A program made the translations under genes and the position numbers. A model generated the notes under the pieces. That model saw only the letters and a program-made list of their open reading frames with translations. It had not been told where the DNA came from and made no database searches. A stretch of 52,709 nt of DNA from a virus (Duplodnaviria; Caudoviricetes). Positions 9,482 to 16,649 of the stretch are shown here, piece by piece. The stretch is taken from the IMG/VR virus record IMGVR_UViG_3300044529_000018, positions 1 to 52,709 of that record; one strand, written 5' to 3'. Every line of letters starts with the position of its first letter. Positions within the stretch are counted from its first letter, which is position 1.

Positions 9482-9778
9482 ATGCCTGCGCCTGAGAAAA
9501 ATCAAAACGCGGTGAAGGACGAGGCCGATGTCGCCTCGTCCTTCCTGCACCTCCGCGTCGTGCCACGCGATAAAGCCGCCTGGGTCAAAGCCGCGAAGCG
9601 GCGGAAGAAGAAGCTGGCTGAGTGGACGACGGAGACGTTGAACCACGCTGCGCTAGTGCCGCCGAACGACCGGCTGGCCGCAACTCGAAAACCGTATGAA
9701 AAAGAAAAACCTCAAGACAGACAAACGCGCTCCAGAACTGAAACGCGGGAAGCCGGTTCGTGTCCAGCGCGTTGTTAG
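9482..9778 (+). CDS. Ribbon-helix-helix-like DNA-binding protein (cassette-borne)
   Basis: FLHLRVVPRDKAAWVKAA..LAEW beta-helix-helix pattern; C-terminus runs through attC 2. Confidence 0.55.
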   Translation: MPAPEKNQNAVKDEADVASSFLHLRVVPRDKAAWVKAAKRRKKKLAEWTTETLNHAALVPPNDRLAATRKPYEKEKPQDRQTRSRTETREAGSCPARC

Positions 9779-9780
9779 GG
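9661..9780 (-). repeat. attC-like site 2 (partly degenerate)
   Basis: GCCGAAC ... GTGTCCAGCGCGTT-GTTAGGG; the right arm resembles sites 1 and 6. Confidence 0.7.
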
Positions 9781-9977
9781 ATGCGACGACACGACTGCTG
9801 CTCGCTGTCTGTCTAAGAGTTCTGGCCGAAGCGCAAAGGGCCGTTGCTGATGGGAAATGGTGCGAGCGTGGAATGGATATCAAAATCAATCGCATCTTGT
9901 GCCCGCAATACTTTCCAATCCGCCGTTGGCGTCGTTTCAAAACAAACCCGCAAACAAGCACGCCAGAAAAATGTTGA
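9696..9977 (+). CDS. Hypothetical protein starting inside attC 2
   Basis: N-terminus (..VQRVVR) is encoded by the attC arm, as in 12895..13257. Confidence 0.5.
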   Translation: MKKKNLKTDKRAPELKRGKPVRVQRVVRDATTRLLLAVCLRVLAEAQRAVADGKWCERGMDIKINRILCPQYFPIRRWRRFKTNPQTSTPEKC

Positions 9978-10001
9978 CACAATCCGCTAAAGCCGCATAA
10001 T
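9974..10001 (+). promoter_or_regulatory. Sigma70-like promoter
   Basis: TTGACA-16-CATAAT directly upstream of the HTH gene. Confidence 0.6.
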
Positions 10002-10009
10002 ACGCAAAT

Positions 10010-10240
10010 ATGAATCTTCCCACCATACCCACCCGCAAGATTGACAGCACCCGAGCCGGCGCCATGATCCGCGCCGCCCGCACCAAGGCGGAAATCTCCC
10101 TTCGCCGGCTGGCCGTGGCGATGGGAAAATCCGCGCCGTATCTGTGCGACCTGGAACTGGGTCGGCGCAACTGGACGCCCGAGCTGTTTTCATGCGCGGA
10201 GTCCAAACTTCAGGAACTAATTGCAGACAAGCACGCATGA
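10010..10240 (+). CDS. XRE/Cro-like HTH regulator
   Basis: IRAARTKAEISLRRLAVAMGKSAPYLCDLELGRR. Confidence 0.85.
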   Translation: MNLPTIPTRKIDSTRAGAMIRAARTKAEISLRRLAVAMGKSAPYLCDLELGRRNWTPELFSCAESKLQELIADKHA

Positions 10241-10461
10241 AACCGATCAAGCCACTTTCAAACCTGATGACCCAGGAGCAGCTGGACGCCGCGCTTAATG
10301 GTCCGCTCTACGATGACCGGAACAGCATGCCTGACATTTTTGTGTCATACAGCGGCGACGAGCAGGAAAAGCGCCCTTGGACTTATCAAATATATTTCCA
10401 CGCCCAACTTTTATGGACGTGCGACCAGTACATCGAGAACCACCAATGGGGGACCAACTGA
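10237..10461 (+). CDS. Hypothetical protein
   Basis: ATGA overlap with the upstream gene. Confidence 0.6.
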   Translation: MKPIKPLSNLMTQEQLDAALNGPLYDDRNSMPDIFVSYSGDEQEKRPWTYQIYFHAQLLWTCDQYIENHQWGTN

Positions 10462-10464
10462 TTT

Positions 10465-11232
10465 ATGAAAAACGCCAACACCGAACTTTTGCCGGCCGTT
10501 CAGACGCCTCAGGACGTTGCCCGACCCGCTCCAACCTCATTGGACATTCTTGATGCCGCCGTGCGTGGTGGGATCACGTCGGAAAATGTTGCCGTCGTCA
10601 AGGAAATCATCGCCATGCGCCGGGAGGAAGTCGCCTTGGAATCGAAAGGCAAATTCAACCGCTCATTCTTTGAACTGAAGCAAGAAATCAGCGGCATGGA
10701 TTTTTATGCGGACAAAGCCGCCAAGACCGATGGCGGGGCGATTGCTTACCGCTATTGCAGCGAGAAGGAACTAGCCGCCGGATTGGAGCCGGTTTTATTC
10801 CGTCACGGCTTCGCAATGCTGTTTGGGCAGCGCGATGAAGGCGAGCGAACCGTAGCCATCATTACCCTGATTCACAAGGACGGCCACGAGGAAACCCGTG
10901 AATACTCCGTGCGATCTGGCGCAACCAACCGCATGAAGGATGCGACCGCCGCCGACACCGGGGCGACCACCAGCGCGTGGCGGCATCTGGTCATAAAAAT
11001 GTTCGGCCTAAAATCGAGGATTCGAGAGGAGGACGACGCCCGAAATCTTGGCGACGGCGGAAAGATTACAGCCGCCCAAGCCGAGGAACTGGAACGCCGC
11101 GTGCATGAAACTAACAGTAATCTGCCGGCGTTTCTGAAGCTGGCCAAGGCAAACAATTTTGCGGAAATACCCGCCATTCAATACGACATTTTGGACGCAT
11201 TGCTGCGGACAAAGGAAGCGAGGGGACGTTGA
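10465..11232 (+). CDS. erf: ERF-family single-strand annealing protein
   Basis: YRY..L..PVLFRHGF..LIHKDGHEE..GATTSAWR..EDDA pattern; adjacent to an exonuclease. Confidence 0.7.
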   Translation: MKNANTELLPAVQTPQDVARPAPTSLDILDAAVRGGITSENVAVVKEIIAMRREEVALESKGKFNRSFFELKQEISGMDFYADKAAKTDGGAIAYRYCSEKELAAGLEPVLFRHGFAMLFGQRDEGERTVAIITLIHKDGHEETREYSVRSGATNRMKDATAADTGATTSAWRHLVIKMFGLKSRIREEDDARNLGDGGKITAAQAEELERRVHETNSNLPAFLKLAKANNFAEIPAIQYDILDALLRTKEARGR

Positions 11233-11936
11233 AAATCCACGACGTTGCTCAAGGCTCCCAGGAATGGCTCAATCTCCGCGCCGGAGTGCCTACCGCCAGC
11301 GAATTCGACGCGCTTGTTTCGCCTACGTTTGAAATACGAAAAGGCGACATGCCGCGCACCTATTTGCACAAAAAGCTGGCCGAATGGTGGCAGGGAGGCC
11401 CGTTGCTGGAATTCAATAGTTTCGACATGGATCAGGGCCAGATTTTGGAAGAATCCGCAAAGCCGAACTTCACGGTCGAAACGGACATTGAGATCCGCAA
11501 CGTCGGCTTTGTCACCACTGATGACGGCAAAATCGGATGTTCCCCGGACGGTCTGATCGGTGAAAACTCCGGCGTGGAAATCAAATGTCCAAAGATTGAA
11601 ACCCACGTCGGCTATTTGCTGACCGGCGTGCTGCCCAAGCAATACGGCGCCCAGGTTCATGGCTCCATGTTTGTCACAGGCGCCAACAGCTGGCGTTTTT
11701 ATTCGTATCGCCGCCGGATGCCCAGTCTCAACCTTTTGATCGAGCGCGACGACAAGGCGCAGGAGGCTCTCAAAGAGGCGCTTGAAATGTTCCTGGCAGC
11801 ATTCGAGATTGGCCAGAAGCGGCTCTGTGAGATAAACGGAGGTCCGCCAGTTCGACGTGTTGCCTTCAAACCGGGAGACTACACTTCCGAACAACTGGCG
11901 CAGGAGCAGGATAGACCTGATATTCCGACGCCGTAA
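11229..11936 (+). CDS. YqaJ/lambda-exonuclease family protein
   Basis: QGSQEWLNLRAGVPTASEF, GCSPDGL, EIKCP and AQVHGSM motifs. Confidence 0.9.
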   Translation: MKIHDVAQGSQEWLNLRAGVPTASEFDALVSPTFEIRKGDMPRTYLHKKLAEWWQGGPLLEFNSFDMDQGQILEESAKPNFTVETDIEIRNVGFVTTDDGKIGCSPDGLIGENSGVEIKCPKIETHVGYLLTGVLPKQYGAQVHGSMFVTGANSWRFYSYRRRMPSLNLLIERDDKAQEALKEALEMFLAAFEIGQKRLCEINGGPPVRRVAFKPGDYTSEQLAQEQDRPDIPTP

Positions 11937-12053
11937 CGCAGAAGTGATCCACGGCGGGGACAACGAGCGATGAACGTAAAACAGACATTGGAATTGCCGA
12001 CAACGGTGGAGCGCAAGACGCACCCGCCGTTGTGCTCCACTGATTTGTTAGAT
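11931..12053 (-). repeat. attC-like site 3
   Basis: CCGTAAC..AGTGATCCACGGCGGG / CCCGCCGTTGTGCTCCACT..GTTAGAT. Confidence 0.85.
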
Positions 12054-12086
12054 GTCCTGCGGCCCGCAATGTGCGAGCGCGAGGAC

Positions 12087-12199
12087 ATCTAACGCCAAGC
12101 TCACGAATCCCGCCGCCGAATGAACTCAACTCCTCCATCGCCAGAAGCCAACCGCCAACCCGCGAGCGCGGCCGGATTACGTGCAGCGTCGGGTTCGGA
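12087..12199 (-). repeat. attC-like site 4
   Basis: ATCTAAC..GCTCACGAATCC / GGATTACGTGCAGC..GTTCGGA. Confidence 0.88.
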
Positions 12200-12644
12200 T
12201 GTCCGGCCCAAGACGCGAGCAAGTGACAAGAGCGTGCGTGACCGCGCTGTGACGGTGCGACTCACCAACGGGCAAATCGTGGTGGAGAATAAAACCTGCG
12301 GCATCCTGTTCAGCTTCCCCGCCGCGTGCTGGCCAGATGACAGCCTCTCCGCGCACCAGCGGATGTGGGTGAACCGCCTGACGCCTTGGTGGGACATGGA
12401 GCAACCGCAATGGTCGCCAACGTCTCAACGCCTCCGCGACTCGTGCCTCGCGGCGATCCGAAAACTTTTCCCGACAGAGCAACCGCTAAACGACCCATCG
12501 GCAACTGTGGGCCGGGACGCATCGGAAGGTGCGTCTGCTGCTCTGCCGGGAAACCAATCTAAAACCAACGGCGTGCTCCGGCATCCGAACGCCGCGCTCT
12601 GCGACCCGGCACACGGGGACGCAGGCAAACCAAAGACCTTATGA
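12120..12644 (+). CDS. Cassette protein, unknown function
   Basis: Starts in attC 4 and ends in attC 5. Confidence 0.6.
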   Translation: MNSTPPSPEANRQPASAAGLRAASGSDVRPKTRASDKSVRDRAVTVRLTNGQIVVENKTCGILFSFPAACWPDDSLSAHQRMWVNRLTPWWDMEQPQWSPTSQRLRDSCLAAIRKLFPTEQPLNDPSATVGRDASEGASAALPGNQSKTNGVLRHPNAALCDPAHGDAGKPKTL

Positions 12645-12692
12645 GCAAATCCCAAGACGCAATGCCGAGTCCGCAGCAGCAAGTGGTTAGGA
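12584..12692 (-). repeat. attC-like site 5
   Basis: TCCGAAC..GCTCTGCGACCCGGCA / TGCCGAGTCCGCAGCAGC..GTTAGGA. Confidence 0.88.
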
Positions 12693-12898
12693 GCAATGGG
12701 TGGGTAATCCTGCATCCAGACGGAAGGATGGAACTGGACTACTACCATGCGGAACTCAGCTACAACAAATACGGCGGACCTACGCTGTCAAAAGAGCAAT
12801 GGATGGAACGATACCGCCCAGACTGCACGCTTCATCGCGTCAACATCGAAATTGCTCCTAACGCCAAGCTCACAGACGGGGCTGGCACAAACGTATGA
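12641..12898 (+). CDS. Cassette protein, unknown function
   Basis: ATGA-coupled at both ends, inside attC sites. Confidence 0.7.
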   Translation: MSKSQDAMPSPQQQVVRSNGWVILHPDGRMELDYYHAELSYNKYGGPTLSKEQWMERYRPDCTLHRVNIEIAPNAKLTDGAGTNV

Positions 12899-12976
12899 AA
12901 GCAAAACGAACATCCAAATTAAAACGAGCGCGAACAGAACGGGCGAAGCCCCGTTCTGTGCAGCGCGTGGTTAGGG
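12856..12976 (-). repeat. attC-like site 6
   Basis: TCCTAAC..GCTCACAGACGGGGCT / AGCCCCGTTCTGTGCAGC..GTTAGGG. Confidence 0.9.
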
Positions 12977-13257
12977 CGAAGACTCTCGAAGAACTCGTGC
13001 TCGACGCCCATGAGAAAGGCTTCGGCGTAGAAGTGAGCCTCGAACCTGTGCTGCGCGTTGAAGTCACCCGCAACATGGAGGCGGAACTGAGCTGGCTAGT
13101 ATCCAGCGGCCTGTTCGGTGGAAGCATCGCCGAAGCGGCGAGACGCATCCTAGAAGAATGGCTGTGGAACAATAAACAGCGTATCGCGGCACTTCGCCCT
13201 AACGCTCGAACTGAGCCACCGCCGACGGGTGACTCAGGAACTCCAAAGACTCTATGA
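12895..13257 (+). CDS. Cassette protein, possible RHH-like C-terminal domain
   Basis: LVSSGLFGGSIAEAARRIL; ATGA-coupled. Confidence 0.65.
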   Translation: MKAKRTSKLKRARTERAKPRSVQRVVRAKTLEELVLDAHEKGFGVEVSLEPVLRVEVTRNMEAELSWLVSSGLFGGSIAEAARRILEEWLWNNKQRIAALRPNARTEPPPTGDSGTPKTL

Positions 13258-13304
13258 ATGAACTCAAAGCGCAATCGGCGGTTGGCTCAAGTGAGTTGTT
13301 GTGT
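13197..13304 (-). repeat. attC-like site 7
   Basis: CCCTAAC..ACTGAGCCACCGCCGA / TCGGCGGTTGGCTCAAGT..GTTGTGT. Confidence 0.9.
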
Positions 13305-13478
13305 GAGTTGGAACTGGCGCTGGACCACGCCAATAACGCCGCTGAATACTTCCGGAAGACCAACTCTCCGCGCTGGTATGGAATGCTACCGATTCTTGAG
13401 AGCCTCCGGGACATGACTAAAGAGTGCGAAATCCGTGCACACAACGCCAAGCCCACCAATCGGGCGTCTGAAACCTGA
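13254..13478 (+). CDS. Cassette protein, unknown function
   Basis: Starts in attC 7 and ends in attC 8. Confidence 0.65.
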   Translation: MNELKAQSAVGSSELLCELELALDHANNAAEYFRKTNSPRWYGMLPILESLRDMTKECEIRAHNAKPTNRASET

Positions 13479-13569
13479 ACCGTCCAACGAAGCTAAAAAC
13501 TATGAGTGAATCAACAACGGAACAAAACTGTGAGCGTAAGCCCGATTGTGGTGCGGCGCATGGTTCGGC
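13439..13569 (-). repeat. attC-like site 8
   Basis: ACACAAC..GCCCACCAATCGGGC / GCCCGATTGTGGTGCGGC..GTTCGGC. Confidence 0.88.
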
Positions 13570-13804
13570 GTCTTACGAGAAATGCCACTGTGGCGCTGAC
13601 TGCGTAAATCTTGGCGACAACCCAAACGAACCGTGCTGGGGCAGAGTGCAAGCAACCGACGTGATGGAAACGGATGATGACGACATCTGGATTCATCACT
13701 GCTCCGGCCACGAGCCAACGCAGGATATACCACCGAAACCATACAGGCCGGAGACGCCGAACGGTGAGATCAGCCACAGCCACCGTGCGAAAACTTTCGT
13801 ATGA
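13502..13804 (+). CDS. Cassette protein, Cys/His-rich
   Basis: CHCGADC..PCWG..HHCSGH. Confidence 0.65.
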   Translation: MSESTTEQNCERKPDCGAAHGSASYEKCHCGADCVNLGDNPNEPCWGRVQATDVMETDDDDIWIHHCSGHEPTQDIPPKPYRPETPNGEISHSHRAKTFV

Positions 13805-13883
13805 AACCTGCCCGAACAAACCTAAAAATGATGCAGCCAACTCCAAGGGGCAGTGGCTGTTGGTCTGCATCGAATTGTTAGAC
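13756..13883 (-). repeat. attC-like site 9
   Basis: GCCGAAC..GATCAGCCACAGCCAC / GTGGCTGTTGGTCTGCATC..GTTAGAC. Confidence 0.88.
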
Positions 13884-13888
13884 GACCT

Positions 13889-14164
13889 ATGACGAGAGAA
13901 ATCATAATACAACCAGTGCTCAACGGCTATGTGTGTGTCGTTGGATGTCAGCGCGTCGCATTCACTGACAAGCAAACGATGCTGGGGCAACTCAGCGAAT
14001 ACCTCGACAAGCCCGATGAAGTGGAACAACGCTACATCGAACGCGCCGTGAACAAAATGGGGCCAGCCGTGCCGCAACCGTGCAGGCCAACCGACTGCTG
14101 TGAGTCCAGCGCGACCCAGCCGTCCGTAGCGATGGGGCGTGTGGAACAATGCCGGCCACAATAA
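13889..14164 (+). CDS. Cassette protein, unknown function
   Basis: MTREIIIQPVLNGYVCVVGCQ; followed by a hairpin at 14172..14202. Confidence 0.7.
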   Translation: MTREIIIQPVLNGYVCVVGCQRVAFTDKQTMLGQLSEYLDKPDEVEQRYIERAVNKMGPAVPQPCRPTDCCESSATQPSVAMGRVEQCRPQ

Positions 14165-14199
14165 CACAAATGACGACCAGGCTCGCAAGGGGTCTGGTC

Positions 14200-14308
14200 G
14201 TCTAACGACGAACTCAAGCACCGGCGCGAATAACCCATGATGCCCGCCACGCCAACGACGCTTGAACTGCCAGCGACCCCGCCGGTTGCTTGCAGTGATT
14301 TGTTAAGC
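14200..14308 (-). repeat. attC-like site 10
   Basis: GTCTAAC..ACTCAAGCACCGGCG / CGCCGGTTGCTTGCAGT..GTTAAGC. Confidence 0.9.
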
Positions 14309-14316
14309 ATCAATTT

Positions 14317-14868
14317 ATGAAACAGAAACTCGATGAAGTCCGCACTCTGGCCATCAAACTGTTCGAGGCCGGCGAGACGGAAAAACGCAAACAGCCGAAG
14401 CGCAGAAAGAACAAAATGAAAATCACAGAAATCACAATCGGAAGACTCTACAACCTCGGCAGCTACGAGCACGTCCGCTACGAACTGACTGCCGAAGTGC
14501 CACAAGGCGAAAGCGCCGCAACCGCAATCATCGGCATGGAGAAAATCCTCGCCGCACTGTCCCCGAAAACCTCAACGCATAGCCGCGATGAACTCGCCCG
14601 CGAAAAGCGGCAGGTCGAAGAAATGCACCGCAAGCTGTCAGACGAAGGGCCGGACGAGTTCCGCCGATACTACGGGCACAGCTTCGTCGGCACGCCGGAA
14701 GAATACATCGGACGCTGCGAACAGTCGCACGCCGACAACGTGGCACGCCGCGAAGCGTGGGAAGCCAGGAGCGCGAAAGCCCGCAAGCTGCTCGAAGACC
14801 TCGGCGGCGCTGCAAACTTCAAAGATGCCAAACTCGATTGGGAGGATGGCGACGACTTTGATGCTTAA
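14317..14868 (+). CDS. Cassette protein, unknown function (alternative start at MKITEI)
   Basis: Its stop codon is the TAA of core GCTTAAC. Confidence 0.75.
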   Translation: MKQKLDEVRTLAIKLFEAGETEKRKQPKRRKNKMKITEITIGRLYNLGSYEHVRYELTAEVPQGESAATAIIGMEKILAALSPKTSTHSRDELAREKRQVEEMHRKLSDEGPDEFRRYYGHSFVGTPEEYIGRCEQSHADNVARREAWEARSAKARKLLEDLGGAANFKDAKLDWEDGDDFDA

Positions 14869-14984
14869 CATAAAAGCTGAGCCGCCGCCTGTGAGCGGTG
14901 GTGATGCGCAAGGAAAACTCTCAAATGAATAACGACATCCAAACGGACAGCGATAAGGCGGTTGGCTCCGGCGCTTTGTTAGGC
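14863..14984 (-). repeat. attC-like site 11
   Basis: GCTTAAC..GCTGAGCCGCCGCCT / AGGCGGTTGGCTCCGGC..GTTAGGC. Confidence 0.88.
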
Positions 14985-15009
14985 ATCAGCGACATAAAAT
15001 CTAACTAAA

Positions 15010-15282
15010 ATGAAAACCGAAACATCTAACACCGAAATGATCCGGCTGTCTGAACTCAACGCGAACCTCGCCAGCGAGCTAAATCAAAACGACTGGAACG
15101 TGCCAATCGAAGGCAGCCTCACGGCACTGCGGCGAACGCTCTCGCGACTGAATGAGCGCGTCCACTCAAGCTACGACTTCAATGCCGACCCCGACCGCAT
15201 GACGCTCGAAGTGGGTGACGCGCTAAGGTGTAACAAAATAGCTGAGCCAAGCCCGGCCAGCGATGCCCGGAAAACAGACTGA
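15010..15282 (+). CDS. Cassette protein, unknown function
   Basis: Ends in attC 12. Confidence 0.6.
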   Translation: MKTETSNTEMIRLSELNANLASELNQNDWNVPIEGSLTALRRTLSRLNERVHSSYDFNADPDRMTLEVGDALRCNKIAEPSPASDARKTD

Positions 15283-15319
15283 CGTGCGTCCGGGCTTTGG
15301 CTCCGGCGTATGGTTAGGC
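15228..15319 (-). repeat. attC-like site 12
   Basis: GTGTAAC..GCTGAGCCAAGCCCGG / CCGGGCTTTGGCTCCGGC..GTTAGGC. Confidence 0.88.
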
Positions 15320-15343
15320 GACGGTAAAAACGAAAGGACAAAT

Positions 15344-15682
15344 ATGAGTAGATGGTATATGACCGATGAAGAAAAACGCGGCTATGCTGCGCAACAGCAG
15401 CATAGCTACCAAAGCGAACATGACGGCGGGCACGACTACCAGCAGGGCTGGCGCGAAGGCGAGCGCGAGGATAGGCGCGAGCGTGAACGCCAAGAGGAGC
15501 GCCGCCAAGAGCAAGAGGCTGAAGAACGCGCCGAAGAACGGCGTCGGCATGAATCGTATATGCGCTCACAAGAGGAAGAACAGGAACAATACGAGCAAAT
15601 GAAACAGCAACCTGAACCACAGGAACAGCCGGTGGTCGAGTCGCCTAACGACCAAGCTCTGCGACTGGAGAACAACCCATGA
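15344..15682 (+). CDS. Cassette protein, E/R/Q-rich coiled coil
   Basis: AAGGA RBS before ATG 15344; ends in attC 13. Confidence 0.7.
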   Translation: MSRWYMTDEEKRGYAAQQQHSYQSEHDGGHDYQQGWREGEREDRRERERQEERRQEQEAEERAEERRRHESYMRSQEEEQEQYEQMKQQPEPQEQPVVESPNDQALRLENNP

Positions 15683-15766
15683 ACATAGACCGCGCAACAG
15701 CCATTCAAGCATCCCAAGGCCGCGCTGCGGGGCGAACCGAAGGTTCGCAGCAGCGCGTGGTTCGGT
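15643..15766 (-). repeat. attC-like site 13
   Basis: GCCTAAC..GCTCTGCGAC / GTTCGCAGCAGC..GTTCGGT. Confidence 0.82.
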
Positions 15767-15957
15767 GCTGTGCGACATGCGCAGAATGGCTCCCAAACAA
15801 GATGGAATGCAAGCACGTCCCGAATGAAGCTGCACCGCCAGAAGCGTCCTGCGGAGGATGGGTGCGGAGGCGAGAACCCAATCGCCCGTGGGACATGTGG
15901 GCGAATGAGAAAGCACCGAACGTGCCGATGAGCGAACCGCCGACCAAAAATCTATGA
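15679..15957 (+). CDS. Cassette protein, Cys-rich
   Basis: CATCAEW..C..CGGW; ATGA-coupled. Confidence 0.65.
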   Translation: MNIDRATAIQASQGRAAGRTEGSQQRVVRCCATCAEWLPNKMECKHVPNEAAPPEASCGGWVRRREPNRPWDMWANEKAPNVPMSEPPTKNL

Positions 15958-16006
15958 AAAACACTGAAGACGCCAACGGCGGTTCGCTCCATCGGGCTGG
16001 TTCTGC
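15915..16006 (-). repeat. attC-like site 14
   Basis: ACCGAAC..CGATGAGCGAACCGCCG / CGGCGGTTCGCTCCATCG..GTTCTGC. Confidence 0.9.
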
Positions 16007-16286
16007 GCCGGACATGGAACTCGAAAGCTTCAAGCGTGAACGGAATGAAGCTCTGCTCTCGCGCGACGCCATCCGCATCCGCGCAATGGTGCGGAAGTGG
16101 AATAAAATCGAAATGCCAGCCGACCCGAAAACCTTCTGGGGCGCAGTCCACAAGGCGATAACCGGAAACCTCGGCCTGCCCCGCGACTTCCGGCTCAAAT
16201 CAAAAGCGTGGCTGACGGAACACAAGCTCACCAGCTTCGACGACGGCGACCTCGATGAGGCGCAGAACGAGAAAGTTCAGGTATGA
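15954..16286 (+). CDS. Cassette protein, unknown function
   Basis: ATGA-coupled at both ends. Confidence 0.75.
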   Translation: MKNTEDANGGSLHRAGSAPDMELESFKRERNEALLSRDAIRIRAMVRKWNKIEMPADPKTFWGAVHKAITGNLGLPRDFRLKSKAWLTEHKLTSFDDGDLDEAQNEKVQV

Positions 16287-16392
16287 GCGTCAAACCAAAA
16301 TGTGAGCACGGATACACTGACCCGGACGAGTTTTGCCCAGAATGCCCGTACCCAAGTGCGCCAAGCGAATTACCTGCAACGCATGGTTCGGC
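16262..16392 (-). repeat. attC-like site 15
   Basis: GCAGAAC..GTTCAGGTA / TACCTGCAAC..GTTCGGC. Confidence 0.8.
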
Positions 16393-16591
16393 GGCATTGG
16401 ATGCGCTTCTTAAAAAATATCCGGCGAATGCCCGACGGCTGCGAGAGAAGCGAGAATACCTTGCAAACCAAATGGCGGATTGGCGAGCACGCGGCCTCGT
16501 CCAATATGGCGGAAATTCTTGGGCTAATGTGCTCATGCCGCCGAACGCTCCGCATGAGCCGCCGGCGGCGAAAAACCAAGACCATGAATAA
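16283..16591 (+). CDS. Cassette protein, unknown function
   Basis: The N-terminal CxH..CxxC is encoded within the attC loop. Confidence 0.6.
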   Translation: MSVKPKCEHGYTDPDEFCPECPYPSAPSELPATHGSAALDALLKKYPANARRLREKREYLANQMADWRARGLVQYGGNSWANVLMPPNAPHEPPAAKNQDHE

Positions 16592-16649
16592 CACTCTGAC
16601 ATCCGAACTGCCAAGCGTTCCGCCGGTTGGCTCCATGCAGTTGTTGGGC
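16540..16649 (-). repeat. attC-like site 16
   Basis: GCCGAAC..GCATGAGCCGCCGGCGG / CCGCCGGTTGGCTCCATGC..GTTGGGC. Confidence 0.9.

Noticed and set aside
16302-16583. 94-codon N-terminal extension of the methyltransferase ORF
   Set aside because: It overlaps cassette ORF 16283..16591; ATG 16584 in attC 16 fits the pattern of the other cassettes.
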